From Phoronis australis (Eukaryota; Animalia; Phoronida), in the NCBI GenBank assembly GCA_002633005.1, contig NMRA01000663.1, positions 166,233 through 218,600 on the forward strand: a stretch of 52,368 nt of DNA, read 5' to 3'. Position 1 is the stretch's first letter; every line of letters starts with the position of its first letter. The notes beneath the pieces were generated by a model that worked only from the letters and a program-made list of their open reading frames with translations, did not search any database and had not been told where the DNA came from. Below are positions 12,217 to 25,937 of this stretch, piece by piece. The position numbers and the translations under genes are program-made.

Positions 12217-13720
12217 TTTTTATGCACCCACACATATTGCTGTCATCTCTGTCCAGTGTCCGCTGCTGTATCTCGTAAGCGCTTTGTAGGATCTTAATGA
12301 GATTTGGAAGATGTGTTTCTATGAAGCCGGTGAGAGAGGATGATGACTTTCGGACAAATCCGATTACCGCTTTACCCTCTTTGTATTACTTATAGTTTTA
12401 CATTCGCCTCTGTATCTTTAAAATTTGATTTTCCAGAAATATGCCAAATAGGTTTCTATTGAGGAAGTGATAATGTTTTCTGATTGTGTGTCATTTAACA
12501 AATTATTAGGTCGTTTTTGATGTTCGCTTCTATCCGCCAAACCACTCAAAGGATTATGAAAATTGGCAGACGTGGGAAGACTGACGAACATTGATTTTTC
12601 AGATGAGTTCGACTGCTCTTGCACCCCCGTGTGGCAGTTTTTTTTTGCATCCATGCCTGTATCTCCTTAACTCTTTGCAAGATCTTTGTGAATTTTGACA
12701 GGTGTGTTCCTATGAACGAACATGTAGATTATGTGTGCATAAAAAGTTTCTCAGTGGATTGGGCTTTTGTACAGAGTCAGGAGCTATGTTGATCTGGCTA
12801 CTCTTCGGACTCTGTACAGTAGTCTAACTGAACCACACTTTGATTACTGTGATGTTGTGTGGGGTAATTATACGTCATATCTTCAGGATAGACTTCAAAA
12901 ATTACAAAACAAGGCTGGGAGGCTGATACTCAACTATAGTGGCCTTTATAATGACTTTCCTATTTCTGAACTCCTCGATAAACTTGGTTGGTGCAGCCTG
13001 GTTAGCAGGGGTGCCTTTCATTGAAACTTACCAGGTAATGGTATTCAAAGCCATTCATAGCCTCACACCCAATTACCTTACCTTATTGTCTTCAAACAGA
13101 AGTACTGGGACTTTGTGCATGGTTCGTTACTGTAGGTCTCAGCTAATCACTATTTTACTCTATTTTATGTTATTTATTCATTAAATTGTACATATTGACT
13201 AATTTTATACTAATTTATTTTATTTATTATCTTTTCAATCTAATTGTACATAGCTGTCTGTATTTTACTTCATGTATTTATTTCCGACTGGGCCCACTTG
13301 AAAATCAGTGTATTCACTGAAGTGGTCACCCAGTCTTTTAAAGAAGTTTAAATAAATAAATAAATGTGGAGATGGCAATGACCACATGACCACGAGTTTC
13401 AGACCAATCTGACTACAGTTGTGCCCCCTAGTGACAATTTTTTGCTTTTTTCCGTTTGCCTCTGTATCTTTGACATTCGTTAATGGTTTTCATGAAATTT
13501 GGCAAATAGGTTTCTGTTAAGAAGGTGACGTCTTCCATTTTCAGATGAATTTGACTTGTTCTGTGTCACCTAGTGGCCATTTTTAAAATTTTAAGTACAT
13601 TGTTGACGCCTGCATTCATTTGCTATTCGCCAAACCACTCAAACGATCATTATAAAAATTGGTAGATGAGTTACCTGATCAGAATACCGCTTTTGGCCTT
13701 TGATTTTTAGATGGTCATCC
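12217..13720 (+). mobile_element. DINE-1/HINE-like element (degenerate), interrupted by a LINE
   Basis: Starts TTTTTATGCACCCACACATATTGC; ~150-bp monomers homologous to the 24.4-28.9 kb array; CTCF-like motifs at ~12620, 13421 and 13563. Confidence 0.75.
12715..13364 (+). mobile_element. 5'-truncated L2/CR1-type LINE with (TAAA)n tail
   Basis: ORF 12767-13024 LRTLYSSLTEPHFDYCDVVWGN…LQKLQNKAGRLIL…LLDKLGW; 3' stem-loop CTGGG…CAGTGTATTCACTG…CCCAG; TAAA repeats ~13349-13364. Confidence 0.85.
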
Positions 13721-13839
13721 ATTGCCACCTCCATAGGAACATATCTGCCAAATTTACAGAGATTCTCCAAATACTTAAATATTACAATGGACGAAAAAAT
13801 TGCCAATAGGGGACATCAGGACTCAGGAGTGTACCTTCA

Positions 13840-14330
13840 AGTTGATCTCAAAGAAATAGGATAAAATTGTTGGGGGCTAGATGTCAGAAATATGTTAGAT
13901 AGTAGGTGTTTTGGTTTTGTAAAGAAATTTAAAGGTCTTAGTGATAAGTTGACTTTTTTGAAGGAATTTAAGCAAAGGTAATAGATATTTATTCTCAGTT
14001 ATGGCATGAAAAAGTGTTATCTTTTTTAGGCTTCATGAAAATGATTTTATAATGGAGCTGTATGTTAAACGTTTTTACACCAAAAAGCACTTATCTGTTG
14101 TTGCTAAATTCACATGTGTAAATCATTCATTGAAAATTATAATTGAAAGAAGTTTTGAAATTCCAAAAGAAGAGTATTTTGTACAGCATGTTCTAAAAAA
14201 GTAGTCGAAGATGGAAGTATGGAAGTTCATTTTTATTTGAATGTCCTTGCTTTGATTTGAAAGCAAAACACGATATGTGTCCAAGGCTTGTAAACCTGCG
14301 AAATATAATATACGTATATCACTTTCTGAT
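13840..14330 (+). mobile_element. Highly decayed non-LTR retrotransposon 3' fragment
   Basis: Broken peptide resembling LINE ORF2 C-termini (…LSVVAKFTC…LKIIIERSFEIPKEE…VED…VHF). Confidence 0.4.
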
Positions 14331-15889
14331 ACATGTGTTAAATTGGAAACCAGAGACAAGCCAAACTGATACACTAATGTAATTATTTACAACAAACGTG
14401 GTGCAAAACCTAAAGCATAGAAAAGAAATGAAAATAATAAGTTTACAACTTTGTGCTTTGGTGTGTACTGTCTCTTCATGTAGGTTTAGCTACAAACTTC
14501 ACAGTTACTGTAGTAACTCTTGTCACGCAGGCGACTCACAACCTTTGGGCAGTTATACCAAGGTATATACATGTAGAAAATACACAATGCTACACATGTG
14601 CCCCACACAACTTAAAAAGGCTATATCTCTCAGGTAAACTCTAAGAGTTTAGCGTAACTCACCTAAATACCTGTACAAGTCCTGCCTCTAGGCACGGACA
14701 CTCTAGTGTTTCTATGTTGTCGGTGAAGTCCTAGAGGTGGCACACACGTCACAATGTCCAAGTCTTATAAATCAGCAAAATTTTGCAATTATTATGTATG
14801 AACATAACATTTGAAAATCAGCTGCATGTTTGTAACGAGAAGAAAATGGCTTACAATTCAATGTATAATTTTTTATTGTATCCGATAGTACATCATATTT
14901 ATGCACTGTTACTGCTTATTAAAAACTTGCCAATTAATGACACAACATGGCGGACAAGTGAAACGTTATTTTCTTATGTGTAGCATCTGCTTTACCTTGT
15001 TCCAGTACTGTACCATAGCCACTACCATAAAATATGAAAAAATGTGAGCACTCACAACTATGTTAGGAGACCTTAAAAATGAAAGGGGCGTAATTTTGGC
15101 AATTATTTTCTCTTGTTTTAAAATGGTGAGATTGTACAGTATTCAGGCCGGTGGCCTTAGTACTGCCAATAAATTTATTATTGCCATTATTTAGGTTTGT
15201 GCATTTTAAACATGTTGTGCTTGTGTGAAAATAAAAAAGTAAAAGCGTTTGGGTAAGCTTCACATCGACTGCTAGTTACATCTGTGGTGTATGCATCAGA
15301 AAATTCAAAAATACGCTTCATTAAGAACTAGTTGTACTGCTGATGTACTGCACATGATCACTACATTCTAGCCGCTATGCACTTGGTTACATTGTACACA
15401 ATCTGCTGAGCTTTAATTTCACTCATGCACATGAAGTCCGACGTCAGTGTAACTCCCTGCGCATTGGCACAGTTCACGTGAACGCCCACCTCGTCTACTC
15501 AGAAGTGTCCATGCTCAGGTTAATGCTAACACCCACGTGACGATTTTTGACATCCCCAATTTAAGTAGTTGGACTGATATGGTACTGTACTGATTCGTAG
15601 AGTGCTGATGTCAAGCCTTTGGGCATGTTTTTTGTGATAGCTATCAATTACATCTCTTGATTTACTAAACCACATGAACGATGTCGTTGTAACTTGACAT
15701 GGAGGTTTAATTTTGTAATGAAAGAGGCAGCAGCCATTTTTTTACCTGTTGTGTGTTGTGCTGCTCCTTAAGTGTCCGTTGATTGATAAAAATGTTTCAG
15801 TGACACCTTTTGTCACGTGACGTGAAAATCAGAGCTGCTGATCACTTGGAACCATTTTTTTTGCTTTTAATTGTCAAAATCGAGCTAAG

Positions 15890-15965
15890 GTGCTAGAAAC
15901 CTGACTTGAGGGTCTAGCAGTGTGCCCCAGTGGGACTCAAAGTCACAACCTTAACCGCGTGCTTC
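15890..15965 (-). mobile_element. SINE fragment, same family as 10262-10410
   Basis: Reverse complement reads GTCCCACTGGGGCACACTGCTAGACCCTCAAGTCAG. Confidence 0.6.
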
Positions 15966-16185
15966 TGTATGTAGTGTCCAGCATACGTAACGCTCATGTG
16001 ATACCATCTTCTGTTTTAGGAGTGCAGTGTTATATTGTGAAGTAGTGGAAGAGTGGTAGTCGTGGAGTCAAGGATTGGAAATCTGGAGGTTGTATAAACA
16101 ATTGGCAGATAAATCCAGTACTGGAAACGCATAGAGAGTTTGCATGACTGACCGTTAAAGATCGCTGCAGCACAAGAAACTACGC

Positions 16186-17420
16186 CACTTTCTCAGTTAG
16201 TATTCAATATCTATTGCCCAGAATTCCATTCTGTTTGTGACTCTTAGCTATGGGAGAGAAATCATTTTCCTACTCCGTTAGGCAAGTCGATCACTTCACC
16301 TGTCTGCTGGCAACTTGAAGGCGATCAAGATATGGCGGTACTGAGATTCATGACGCTTAAGTTAGTGCTGTACGCCTGGCCGGTGGTTTTTAGCTGAAGC
16401 GCTGAATCCGGCACTGTTGAAGTTTCTCTTCTGTCTTGTCTTATTTGAAGTTGCCAATGATTTTGTAAAGCTGAAATGGTCCGACTTCTTCTTGGGATGA
16501 GTACATTGATTTCTGCATCATAGCTAAAGACAGTCATGCTGGATAAGTTCCGAGCATAGGTATTGATACATGTGTAAACAGTTAAGAGAAAGAGTGATAG
16601 TTGGTCAATTTCTGTCATACTTGCAGAGTGTAAGTGTGTGCATTGGCTGCGACATTCACGAACACTGCTTTCTCGAAGAGATGTTCACCAATATCTCTTG
16701 GCTCTAGACTGTTGACAGCATACGTCTGAGAAATCATTCCTAATCCATTGGGTCTTTAATGCTTCCGTTTTGTTCTGGCAAATAAGACACAGTTGAAATA
16801 GAATACGTGATTTTGGCCCTGGACCAAAAAAACGATTTCTGTTCTTTCAATTGTGGTGGAACGTACGCTGTACACACCCAAAGGTCTAACTCGCTGATTA
16901 CAATGAATGAGCATTTTCACCGCGCCTGAACGATTTTCTTACCGAACCTGTTTACAGCGTAGCTTTTGATGTACAAGTTGGGTGTGACTGATGAGAAAGC
17001 CTCAGTGTTCTTGTCTGTGTTTCACTTAGTCTTTAGTTATGCTCATCGCTTTGCGTGTCTCATGTGTTTCCACTGCTTTCAGTGCGTGAATGGAAAGTAG
17101 CTGAATGATTGGCTTGGGTGTATTCGGCTTTCACAGTTATTATAGTCAATATCTATTGCTACGACTTGGGTATGGGAGAAATCATGTTCCTAGTTCCTCA
17201 GAAAGGATGATCACTTCGTCTGCGCTCTGACGACTTTAAGATGAGAAGATCCAATTTTTCCACTGTTGCTGTGATCTGCGTCTTTGGCTAATGCGCGACA
17301 CAGCTGAACAGTTCGTTGTGTCTTCTTATTTAAAGTTGGTCAGACCTTGAGAAGAGAGTTGAAGTGGTGTTCCGAACTTGAGCGGATGAGGGCCTGTGAA
17401 TTCAACCTTTCATGTGGTTA
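16186..17420. repeat. Old direct duplication (~16186-16530 vs ~17127-17420)
   Basis: Colinear shared blocks TCAATATCTATTGC, TATGGGAGA..AATCAT.TTCCTA, GATCACTTC, TCTTATTT.AAGTTG and GGATGAG. Confidence 0.7.
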
Positions 17421-19159
17421 AGTGCGAGGTGGAATTATGCCGCGTCATCAGCTTGTTACGTCCTGGGGTTCGGCACACCATTTCAGTTTGCTCTTCTTTG
17501 AACAAGACGGGTGAAGTGCTGGGACATTCTGTGGAAAAGCGCACACATTCTGTGTGGTATCTAGGTTCAGTACTTCCATACAAGTTCGAAGCAAAGTTAT
17601 TGACGCATGTGTTCCTTGGAGAATCAGTGATTAACGCGATCAAAGTGTTCTGTGTCATTTCTTTCTGTATATATAGCTTATCTTAGGTGGACTGCTTGTT
17701 GAAACGAACTCTAAGCACCACAAGGATTTATCTGCCAGTATGTGTCCGTGTTTTTGGTGTTGTCTTTTTAGTTACCGTAAGCTTTTTAATCAGCTATATA
17801 ACAGATCAATGACTTGGAACATGCGGTTCAGTTTTTTGATTCGCTCCAGGGAATATGTGTTTCAGGAACAGTTGACGTCTAGTTTTTGGTTGGCCGACAA
17901 GCGTATTTCCTGAATCTGGTTTCAACTACACTTAAGGAAATTGCTCTTTGTTTTTGTTTTCACTTATTGCTCATGGTAAACGGTGGTAAGTTGTTTTTAA
18001 ACAATTTCTTTTCAAGAAAGACATAGAGAACCAAGGCTTGGTTTTGGCTTGATTAACAGCTGTTTAGCTTGACTCACCCTCTTTTTCTATTCTGCAGTCC
18101 CTGACAGCCCTGAATTGTGAACAAAGCAATTTCAATTCTGTTATCTTCAATGAGATGAATGAAAATGAATTAAGCTGTGGAATTAAAGATTTTAAAATTA
18201 TTGTATTGTTCATGTGATTAATTATTCCTAACTGCACCATTGATTAATGCTTTAAGTTTTTTAATTTGCAAAAATGAGCTTTTGAATAATGAAAAAGGAT
18301 TAAGTCAATATAAATGACCACGGGTTCAATTCCCATGTCAGCTTTAAAATTGTTAAACTTGATTTAGTTTGTTTTCTTTGTTGTATTAGTCATTTGAGGA
18401 ACCCATTCTGACTGGTTGTTAAGTGTTTGATTGCTTTTAGCATAAAGCCTTGGCTGTCTACCACCAGAGTGCAGTGCGGTCTTGTAGAAAGAGTCCATAC
18501 AGTTCAAGTAAAGGAAGACCCCCACCAGGTGAGGCTCATCTCTCATATGCTGACTAGATTGCACATTTTTTTTCAGACGTCCATGATGGTCACCATAGAT
18601 TCAACAAACTGGACCATTTCTTGTATCGCATCTTCTGTGTGTATGCATGCATACGTGTGTGTCAAGGTCATACCAGAGCCCAGTTTCTTACTCTATTTAC
18701 TCGAACTCAATCTCCAAAATAAATTTGGTACTTCCCATTGGCCTTTAGTACTAGACACTTAATTATCTTGAGTTCATGTTAAAGCAGAACAGAAAATGGT
18801 CAAGTAATAATTTCAAGTCTCATTTTGAGTAAAACGTTAAGAACCCTGTCCCTGAAAACTGTGACAAGCATATATAACAGTATTCGTGTGTGGCTATTAT
18901 GCCTTTCACATGGTAAAGTATTGCCACCAGTTCAGTTGGTTGTGACAGGTGTGTGCACCTGTTGTTCACACACTCTCCAGGCACGGTGCTTAGTGCTGAA
19001 ATCATCTAGCTATTGCGGTTCTTGACAAATTTCATTCTGGGCTTGGCTATTCAAAGTCTTTATGGGGTAATAAAAAGATTATCTTCTAAGCCAGGACTAT
19101 AAAGCCGTTGTTAAGCTGTGTTTACTTGCACTGGCTAACTGGGACAGTTGCGTTACTTA

Positions 19160-19675
19160 AGGCCTTAGCCTTCCATACTGACTTAACTCCGGTTTGAGCT
19201 TCGAAGCGTCGACGTAAACTGCTAAGTTAACTAAACTGTTCATGCCGGCTTCGGTAGTTACCGGACATCGAAGTAAACGGTAGGTGATGTTGTTGTCATC
19301 GAAGTAATCGCAAGGTAGCACTGCACGCTCAGACTTTTTTATGTGACAATTTGAGAACATTTACATGTGTAAATTACCATAATATAAAACTTGTTTTTAA
19401 TTCGATTGATGATTATTTGAGCAAAGTGTAAGCAGCTATTCAGCGACGACACCACCTTTTAATTGTCAAAGATAACGGTGGCACCTGGCGATAACTTCGA
19501 AGGGACCGAAGTTGACCATTCATACCGCAACGCAGCGTCGACGCTCCGCTGTTAAATCCACCTGTTTACTGCAAAGTTAACTAGAGCTGTTAACTTCGAT
19601 CCAGGACCGAAGTTAATTGTTCTAACTGCAACTCCCCAGAATATCGACGAATTCTAACTTAGAATGAAAGGCCCT
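19160..19675 (+). mobile_element. MITE, possibly PIF/Harbinger-like
   Basis: Left end AGGCC…CCTTCCATACT and right end AGAATGAAAGGCCCT are imperfect TIRs with TTA(A) flanks; internal palindromes GCGTCGACGC and AGTTAACT. Confidence 0.6.
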
Positions 19676-21240
19676 TTAATGGAGACTGAAGTTAAAATAA
19701 TGCAGCAGTGAACCGGTTCTAACATACAAATAAAAGTCACATTTGCCTGAGTTGCACGCCAAACAAAAGCTGATTAATATTTATTGTCGAAAGACTGAAA
19801 CCTGACAGCGATCGCTGATTAGCTGATATGTCAGTAACGTGGCTGGTGGGACCACGAATGCTTATCACACTGCTGTGCCATATTGTGAAGAGTTTACTTC
19901 GTATTTGATCATTGTATCAGACGTTTTTATTTTTTACTGTTTGACACAGTGCTGTAAAGGGTTGGTCATCCCCTTTTGTATGGCTTCTGGTTGTTTGAAT
20001 TCTTCGAAAAGGGTGCCCAAAGCTGTATACTAAATATACAGGTTTGCGCTGATGTGGGTAAAAAATGGACATAAAATTTGAATCAAAATTAGTGTCATTA
20101 AAACTTTTCTCTTCTTTGAGTAAATTAGCTTATTTACCGGTGTTTGAAAAGTTAGCATTCTGTCGTTAATCGGCAGCTGCTGAAATTGTGATTTGTTCTC
20201 TTGAGTCGGCTTTTAGCGATTACATCACCTGACATTGATCATTTTCTTCCCCCCCCCCCCCCCCCNCCAATTGTTTTATCAACTGTTCTTCGCTGCCGGC
20301 ACAAGGTTGCGTATATATGTCACAACATGACCCGACATTTCATACTAAAATTTTTTATTCTGACAATTTGAAGAACGCCACTTGACTGCACGCTAAAATA
20401 GGATACTGACTTTACCCCACCAAATACATCACGACAAGCAGTGCTCCTAGCGGGTGATTTTGTTTCGAGTTTCGTTAGAAAATATAAGTTGACTTTTTGC
20501 TTTTAAAATATTTGTGAAATTAATCGACAACTCCTAGAAAACTATGCAAAATTTATTCAGAATAAAACCACCTTAAGAGCAGGGTTCACAAGGAACTAGT
20601 GACCTTGACCTTGCGTGTCTGTTTCAAAAGCCTATTGTGTGTGAACTGTAAAGGACACCTAGGACTTTCTGAAAAATTTGAAACCACTTTGCAGACTTGT
20701 TGCCACTTCCAAGCCAGCTCAAAATGTTACGACCAGGTGCCATGAAATAGCCGGCCAATAACTACTTTTTGTAACTCCAACTGGTTGTTGAATTTCTAGT
20801 GGCCATTGTGATTGAACTACAACATGCTATTGCAACAAAAAAGAAATAATCTGAACGGGAGATTAACTTTCAGTGGAGGGTGTGGCCTGAGAGTTATCAC
20901 CATAAAGTGTCACCAACTTAATAATTGCCAAAAATGCGCTTTTTCATTTTTCAGGGGTTTCTAACATTGTGAATGCTAACAATTTTTCGAAACTGTAACT
21001 GAGGTACAAAAGTTGTACATGGAAAATTCTTTGAGGTTATCCAGGACCTTAATAAATGACCTTAACTCTTAGTCAAATATGGAAAAACTATGCTTTGTCA
21101 ACCATTAAAAGTATTTTCTGAAAGGAGAAAGATCGAGGATTCTAAAAATATGCTTCTTACTACTGTGTCTTTGTATTGTCACATGATCATGTTTCTTTAG
21201 TCAAATTGTCATGTGCAAGAAAAGTACATTCATAGCAAAA

Positions 21241-21513
21241 TAACCCCCAGCTGATTTTACTAAAAACTTTTTTAAATGAAAACTTTATGTTATGTCTCAA
21301 AAACGCTGCTAGGAATTTTTGGATTGTTCACTTAGTTCGGGTTTTATGCCAAATTAACTCACAAAACACAAGGCATTTTTGTACACAAAACAGTGGTCTT
21401 ATTCGTTTATTGCTCGGTATGTGAAAACAAGGCATTTTAAAGTAAAATCCTGTTTTTGAGACATAGCGTTAAGTTTTTGTTAAAAAAGTTTAAGTAAAAT
21501 CGTCCGAGGGTTA
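21241..21513. repeat. Inverted repeat (~63-bp arms, ~150-bp spacer)
   Basis: TAACCCCCAGCTGATTTTACTAAAAACTTTTTTAAATGAAAACTTTATGTTATGTCTCAAAAAC pairs with 21452-21513. Confidence 0.75.
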
Positions 21514-22038
21514 TAAACTTAATTTGGTGCTATATATGCTTAGCAGAAAATTTGATAAAATTACTTGTCGGCCATATGTGTTGTATATTGGGGTGATTTT
21601 ACTGTAACACTCAGTACTGCACTGGGGCTCCAACGAATTTCACCAATTTCCATTCCTGTTATTGCTTTTCTAAGCAGTCATTTAGCAAAAGTAGACACCT
21701 GGTTCAAACTGCTACCTGTGGTTCTGGAATCAATACTGTTCTCTTGTTACTAAGCATGAGGTGTTGCTGTTATGTAATGTAATCTGATGACAACAGTTGT
21801 AACTTGTGTAATTACTGGAGCACAGTGGCCCAGCTGACATAGCCAGGGGATAGCATGGTAGATTTCCACAGATTCACCACTTGCGTTTTCATGACTCACT
21901 GCTTCCAAGGGAGATAACAACCAAAGAGTAATGTGAAGATCTGATTTAGTAACTGCCAGTGTGCTTATTTCCTTTAATATGTGTTAGTGGTGGTAGATAA
22001 ACCATGAGCTGAAGCTGGTTTCTGCTTGGATTTTGCAG

Positions 22039-22073
22039 AGGAAGTTGCTATGGAAGCCATGATGCACAGTGAG
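22039..22073 (+). other. Candidate 35-nt upstream exon of NFIL3 (ATG at 22050, MEAMMHSE)
   Basis: TTTTGCAG| acceptor and GAG|GTATGT donor; phase 0, in frame with the acceptor at 30397. Confidence 0.5.
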
Positions 22074-23585
22074 GTATGTAAGAAAAAAAGCTTCATTTTC
22101 ATATTGTGATGTGTAATCTGCATAGCGCCCAAACCTTTGATGGTATATAGCCACTAGTTGATTTTCTTAAGCTTCCATTGGATATGAACGAAGCTTCTAA
22201 GTGTTCTTTTTAAATCATCATTCGTATTTTATGACTAGTTGAATGACGATATCTTCAACTTTCAAAATTAGAAAAGTTATCCCTAAAAGGCTCCCCTGGT
22301 AAGTGTCTATGGCAATGTGGATATTGGCGTCCAAAATGTGTTCTTTACCCCAAGGCAAGGAACAATCATTTTCAACGCATTTCTTATACCTTTAAACAAA
22401 TGAATTCAAGGGGCGACTTGTTCATTTATGAAAAACCAGTGGCTTGAAAATGAACACCTTATCACCATCTCCTTAGAAGTGTCTCCTATCGTAGCTTTTT
22501 CTCCAAATATTTTCTCAAAAGTTTATTATTTCTGATGCCTTTTTGCCACCAGAAACCAATTTTAGTGATAGATTCTTAACTAGGCTACAAAAGGGGCGCT
22601 ATTGAAGTGGCTTTCTCTTGTTTTGAGTTGACAAAATTAATGTTGATAAATTTTAAAACCCACCATCGCTTGACTACCCGGCTGCTAAACAGTATGTTTG
22701 AGTTATAACATATAAAAGGCATGACTAAAAAATGTCGTTCACGTAAAGATTGTGTCAGCTTTTATGTAAAAAAGTGAGTCGCTGATTTAGATGAGTTCTT
22801 GAAGCTGTTTGCGAAGACAAAGAATTCGGTTCTTCATACAAAATTCTGAAACTTTGCATCTCGTGTTCTGCGTTTTTATGAGTTCAGAACATCGAAACGC
22901 GCTGGGTAGTCAGGAGGTGAAATTCACTTAACATTGTGGACACATCTAATGAGATATAGCTGCTTTAACCAGCATTTTCCCCTGCGGGAATATCCCTGGG
23001 TTATAATCTGCAGAATCTGTTAATTTACAGCTACATACCCCAGGAGCACTGAACATAACCTAGGAAATGGCCAATCTAAACATTCCTGTAAGTATGTACT
23101 AGGGGGAGTCTACTCTCTAGGTGACCTAGTTTGTTTACTCAAGTTAAGTCTACGTATTGAGTCAATTATCTACAAAACTGTAGATTTTAATTAGGTTAAA
23201 GTATAGATTTTCTGAAAGTAGAAAACCTGTCGAATTAGTTGTTTACTTTTACCAGTCTCTCATTAATTGTGTAACTGTGGGTAGTTTTTGGCACATCCCA
23301 GGTTACTTTTCAGGTTCTGATCGCACCATAGGCCCAAAGGCTACCCAAGTTCTTGGTATCTGAGTGCGCTTTTAATGTATCTGTGACCAGTGACTGCAAC
23401 GGTATTCATTGTCAGTTCGTACATTGGGCCATTGAGATAAGTCTACTTGGGCCTTGCTCATGTGAAATCTCAATGGCTTTAACTTCTGTGAGTTTTACTG
23501 TGGCTTACATTAGTTTATTGTGTAATTAGAATGTGACGGTTCCACCAAATTTCCTCATCGTTGTTTGTTATATTGAAAGCGTCGT

Positions 23586-23676
23586 TATATAAGCCCGTGC
23601 TTTCTGTCAAACACTAACAGTTTTGATTCAGGCTTCTTACCGTTATAAAATTGAACAATTTTCATAAATGGTGAGT
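23586..23676 (+). promoter_or_regulatory. Candidate TATA promoter and short first exon ending in ATG
   Basis: TATATAAG 23586-23593; Inr-like ACAGTT ~23617; ATG|GTGAGT at 23668-23676, in frame with the main exon. Confidence 0.5.
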
Positions 23677-24416
23677 TGCTCAAAACTTATTTTTGGCATA
23701 AAACATGGGTTTAGTGCCGCTGTAAAGTAGGTTTAATTGTGACCAGATTCAGTAACTCATTCTCAATATGTTATATCATCCGGGAGTCAATTGAAATGGG
23801 TATATTCTTTCTCCAATAATTGCATTGATTTGGGGTGTGAACAAGGAATTACCAGTTGACAAGTCATCTTTTTGTGTAAGAGAAAGATGGGACATGAAAG
23901 TCTTGCACAAGACTAAAGTGTATGAAATTTGCTTACCCAAGAGAGCAACACTTATTGGCAAACTTATATTGAAAAATTTATACTCATGAAACAGATGTAC
24001 AATTCTGCGTATTTTTATTTGGTGAAATGAATGGCAGCTCTTCACCTAGGTTATGAGGGCCCAGGAATAGTTCTCTTCTCTTGCAGGAGCTTGCATTTTC
24101 TTGAGTCTTTATTATTACACGTCGTGTTATGTTGCGTGGTACAGTGGAACCCACTTAATGTCATACCGGATATTATGGTATCCTAATGATTGTTATGAAA
24201 TGTCAAGAAAACGAATGATTTATGGTCATGTACCTTTATATTGTGATTAAAAAATCAGCAAAATTGATTCTCACCTGCTTATTTGCACGTAAACCTTTGC
24301 TTTTCTATCAAAAAAATACCTAATTCATCTTAATTCCATTTGTCTTGTCGTATCGGCGCCAGGAGTCATTCCCTGCTTACCTGTCTTACTGTCACTCTCC
24401 ACTTACCATGATTGTG

Positions 24417-25937
24417 TTATGTGCCCACATATTAATATGCGGATGCATGTTGCCGTCATGTCTGGCCATGCGTCGTATGACTTCTGCTACTGTATGTCCT
24501 AAAACCCCTTGTAGGATCTTATTGAGGTTTGGCAGGTGTGTTCCCGTGAAACTGGCGACAGATGATGGCAAATTTCGGACCAATCCGATTACCACTGTGT
24601 CACTACTCACAATTTTTTTTATGTTTTACTGTGTGTCTTTAGTGTTTATTGATGGATTTTCATGAAACTTAGCAAGTAGGTTTCTTTTAAGGAGATGCAA
24701 TGCCTTCCATTCTGGGACAAATTTGATGTCTTCTGCGTCATCTAGTGGGGATTTTAAAAGTTTTGAGTCCATTTTTGGTGTGTAACTCTATCCACCAAAC
24801 CGCTTGAAGGATCATTGTGAAAGTTGGCAGATATGTTTCAAATGAGAAGACTGCAGCTGATGTTTATATTTAGACGGTTCGACTACTTTGATGCCCCCTA
24901 GTGGCATTCTTCACGACTATGACTGTGTCTCCTTAACCTTTGCAGGGTCTTGGTGAAATTTGGCAGATGTGCTTCTATGGAGCTGACTATGGATTATGAC
25001 CAGTTTCAGACCAATCAGAGTACCGCTGTGCCCCCTAGTGGCAATTTTATTTTTTTACAATTGCTTCTGCATCTTCGGAGTTCATTGATGGATTTTTATA
25101 AAATGTGTCAAATAGGTTTCTATTGGAAACATGACGGTGCTCTTCCATTTCCGTGTACCTAGTGACTAGTGACATGTGTGTATGTGTGGGTGAATATTGT
25201 TGTCCTCTCTGTCCGAATCTCCTTAATCCTTTGGAGGAGTTTTGTGAAATTTGAAAGATGTCTTCCTATGAAGCTGACGGCAAAGTGTCAAAGTGATCCA
25301 AACACCTCTGTAACCCCTAATGGCGTTTTCTTTTTTTTTTCATCTGTGTCTTCAGAGTTCATAAATGTTTTTCAATCAGGTTTCTATAAGGAGACGACAA
25401 CGCCTTCCCATTTTTGGGCAGATTTGATGTTTTCTGCACCACTGCCTCTGTATCTGCCAAACCACTCAAAGGATCATGATAAAAATTGACCTTTGTGTTC
25501 CTGATGCAAAGATCAATGCTGATGTTGATTCTCGGATGGTTTTAACTATTCTGGCCCCTAGTAGAAACTTTGGTGGTTTTTTGCGTCCTCGACTATCCTC
25601 AACCCTTTGAAGGAACTCTGCGGAATTTGGTTGGTGGGCTGCTATAGAGATGGCAACAGATGACGATGAGTTTCAGGCCAGTTGGACTATAACTGTGTCG
25701 TTTAGTGTCAACTGTTTTTTTTACGTTTGCCTCTACATCTTAGGGTTTCCTTGGCTTATTTTCATGAGATTTTGCAAATGGTCCTTATTACAAAGTCAAT
25801 GGCAATTTCTCAAAATGAACAGGTTTGAAGCATTCCGTGGCATCAAATGGCCATTTTTATGATACTATGAACACATAGAAGCACACTGTTTGCGGTGCTG
25901 TTGTGGGCGCATTTCACCGTTCTGCGTTACTGTTGTT
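24417..25937 (+). mobile_element. DINE-1/HINE-like element with internal tandem repeats
   Basis: 5' TTATGTGCCCACATATTAATATGCGG; 3' subTIR GTGGGCGCAT, degenerate hairpin and TGTTGTT end; ~150-bp monomers. Confidence 0.8.
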
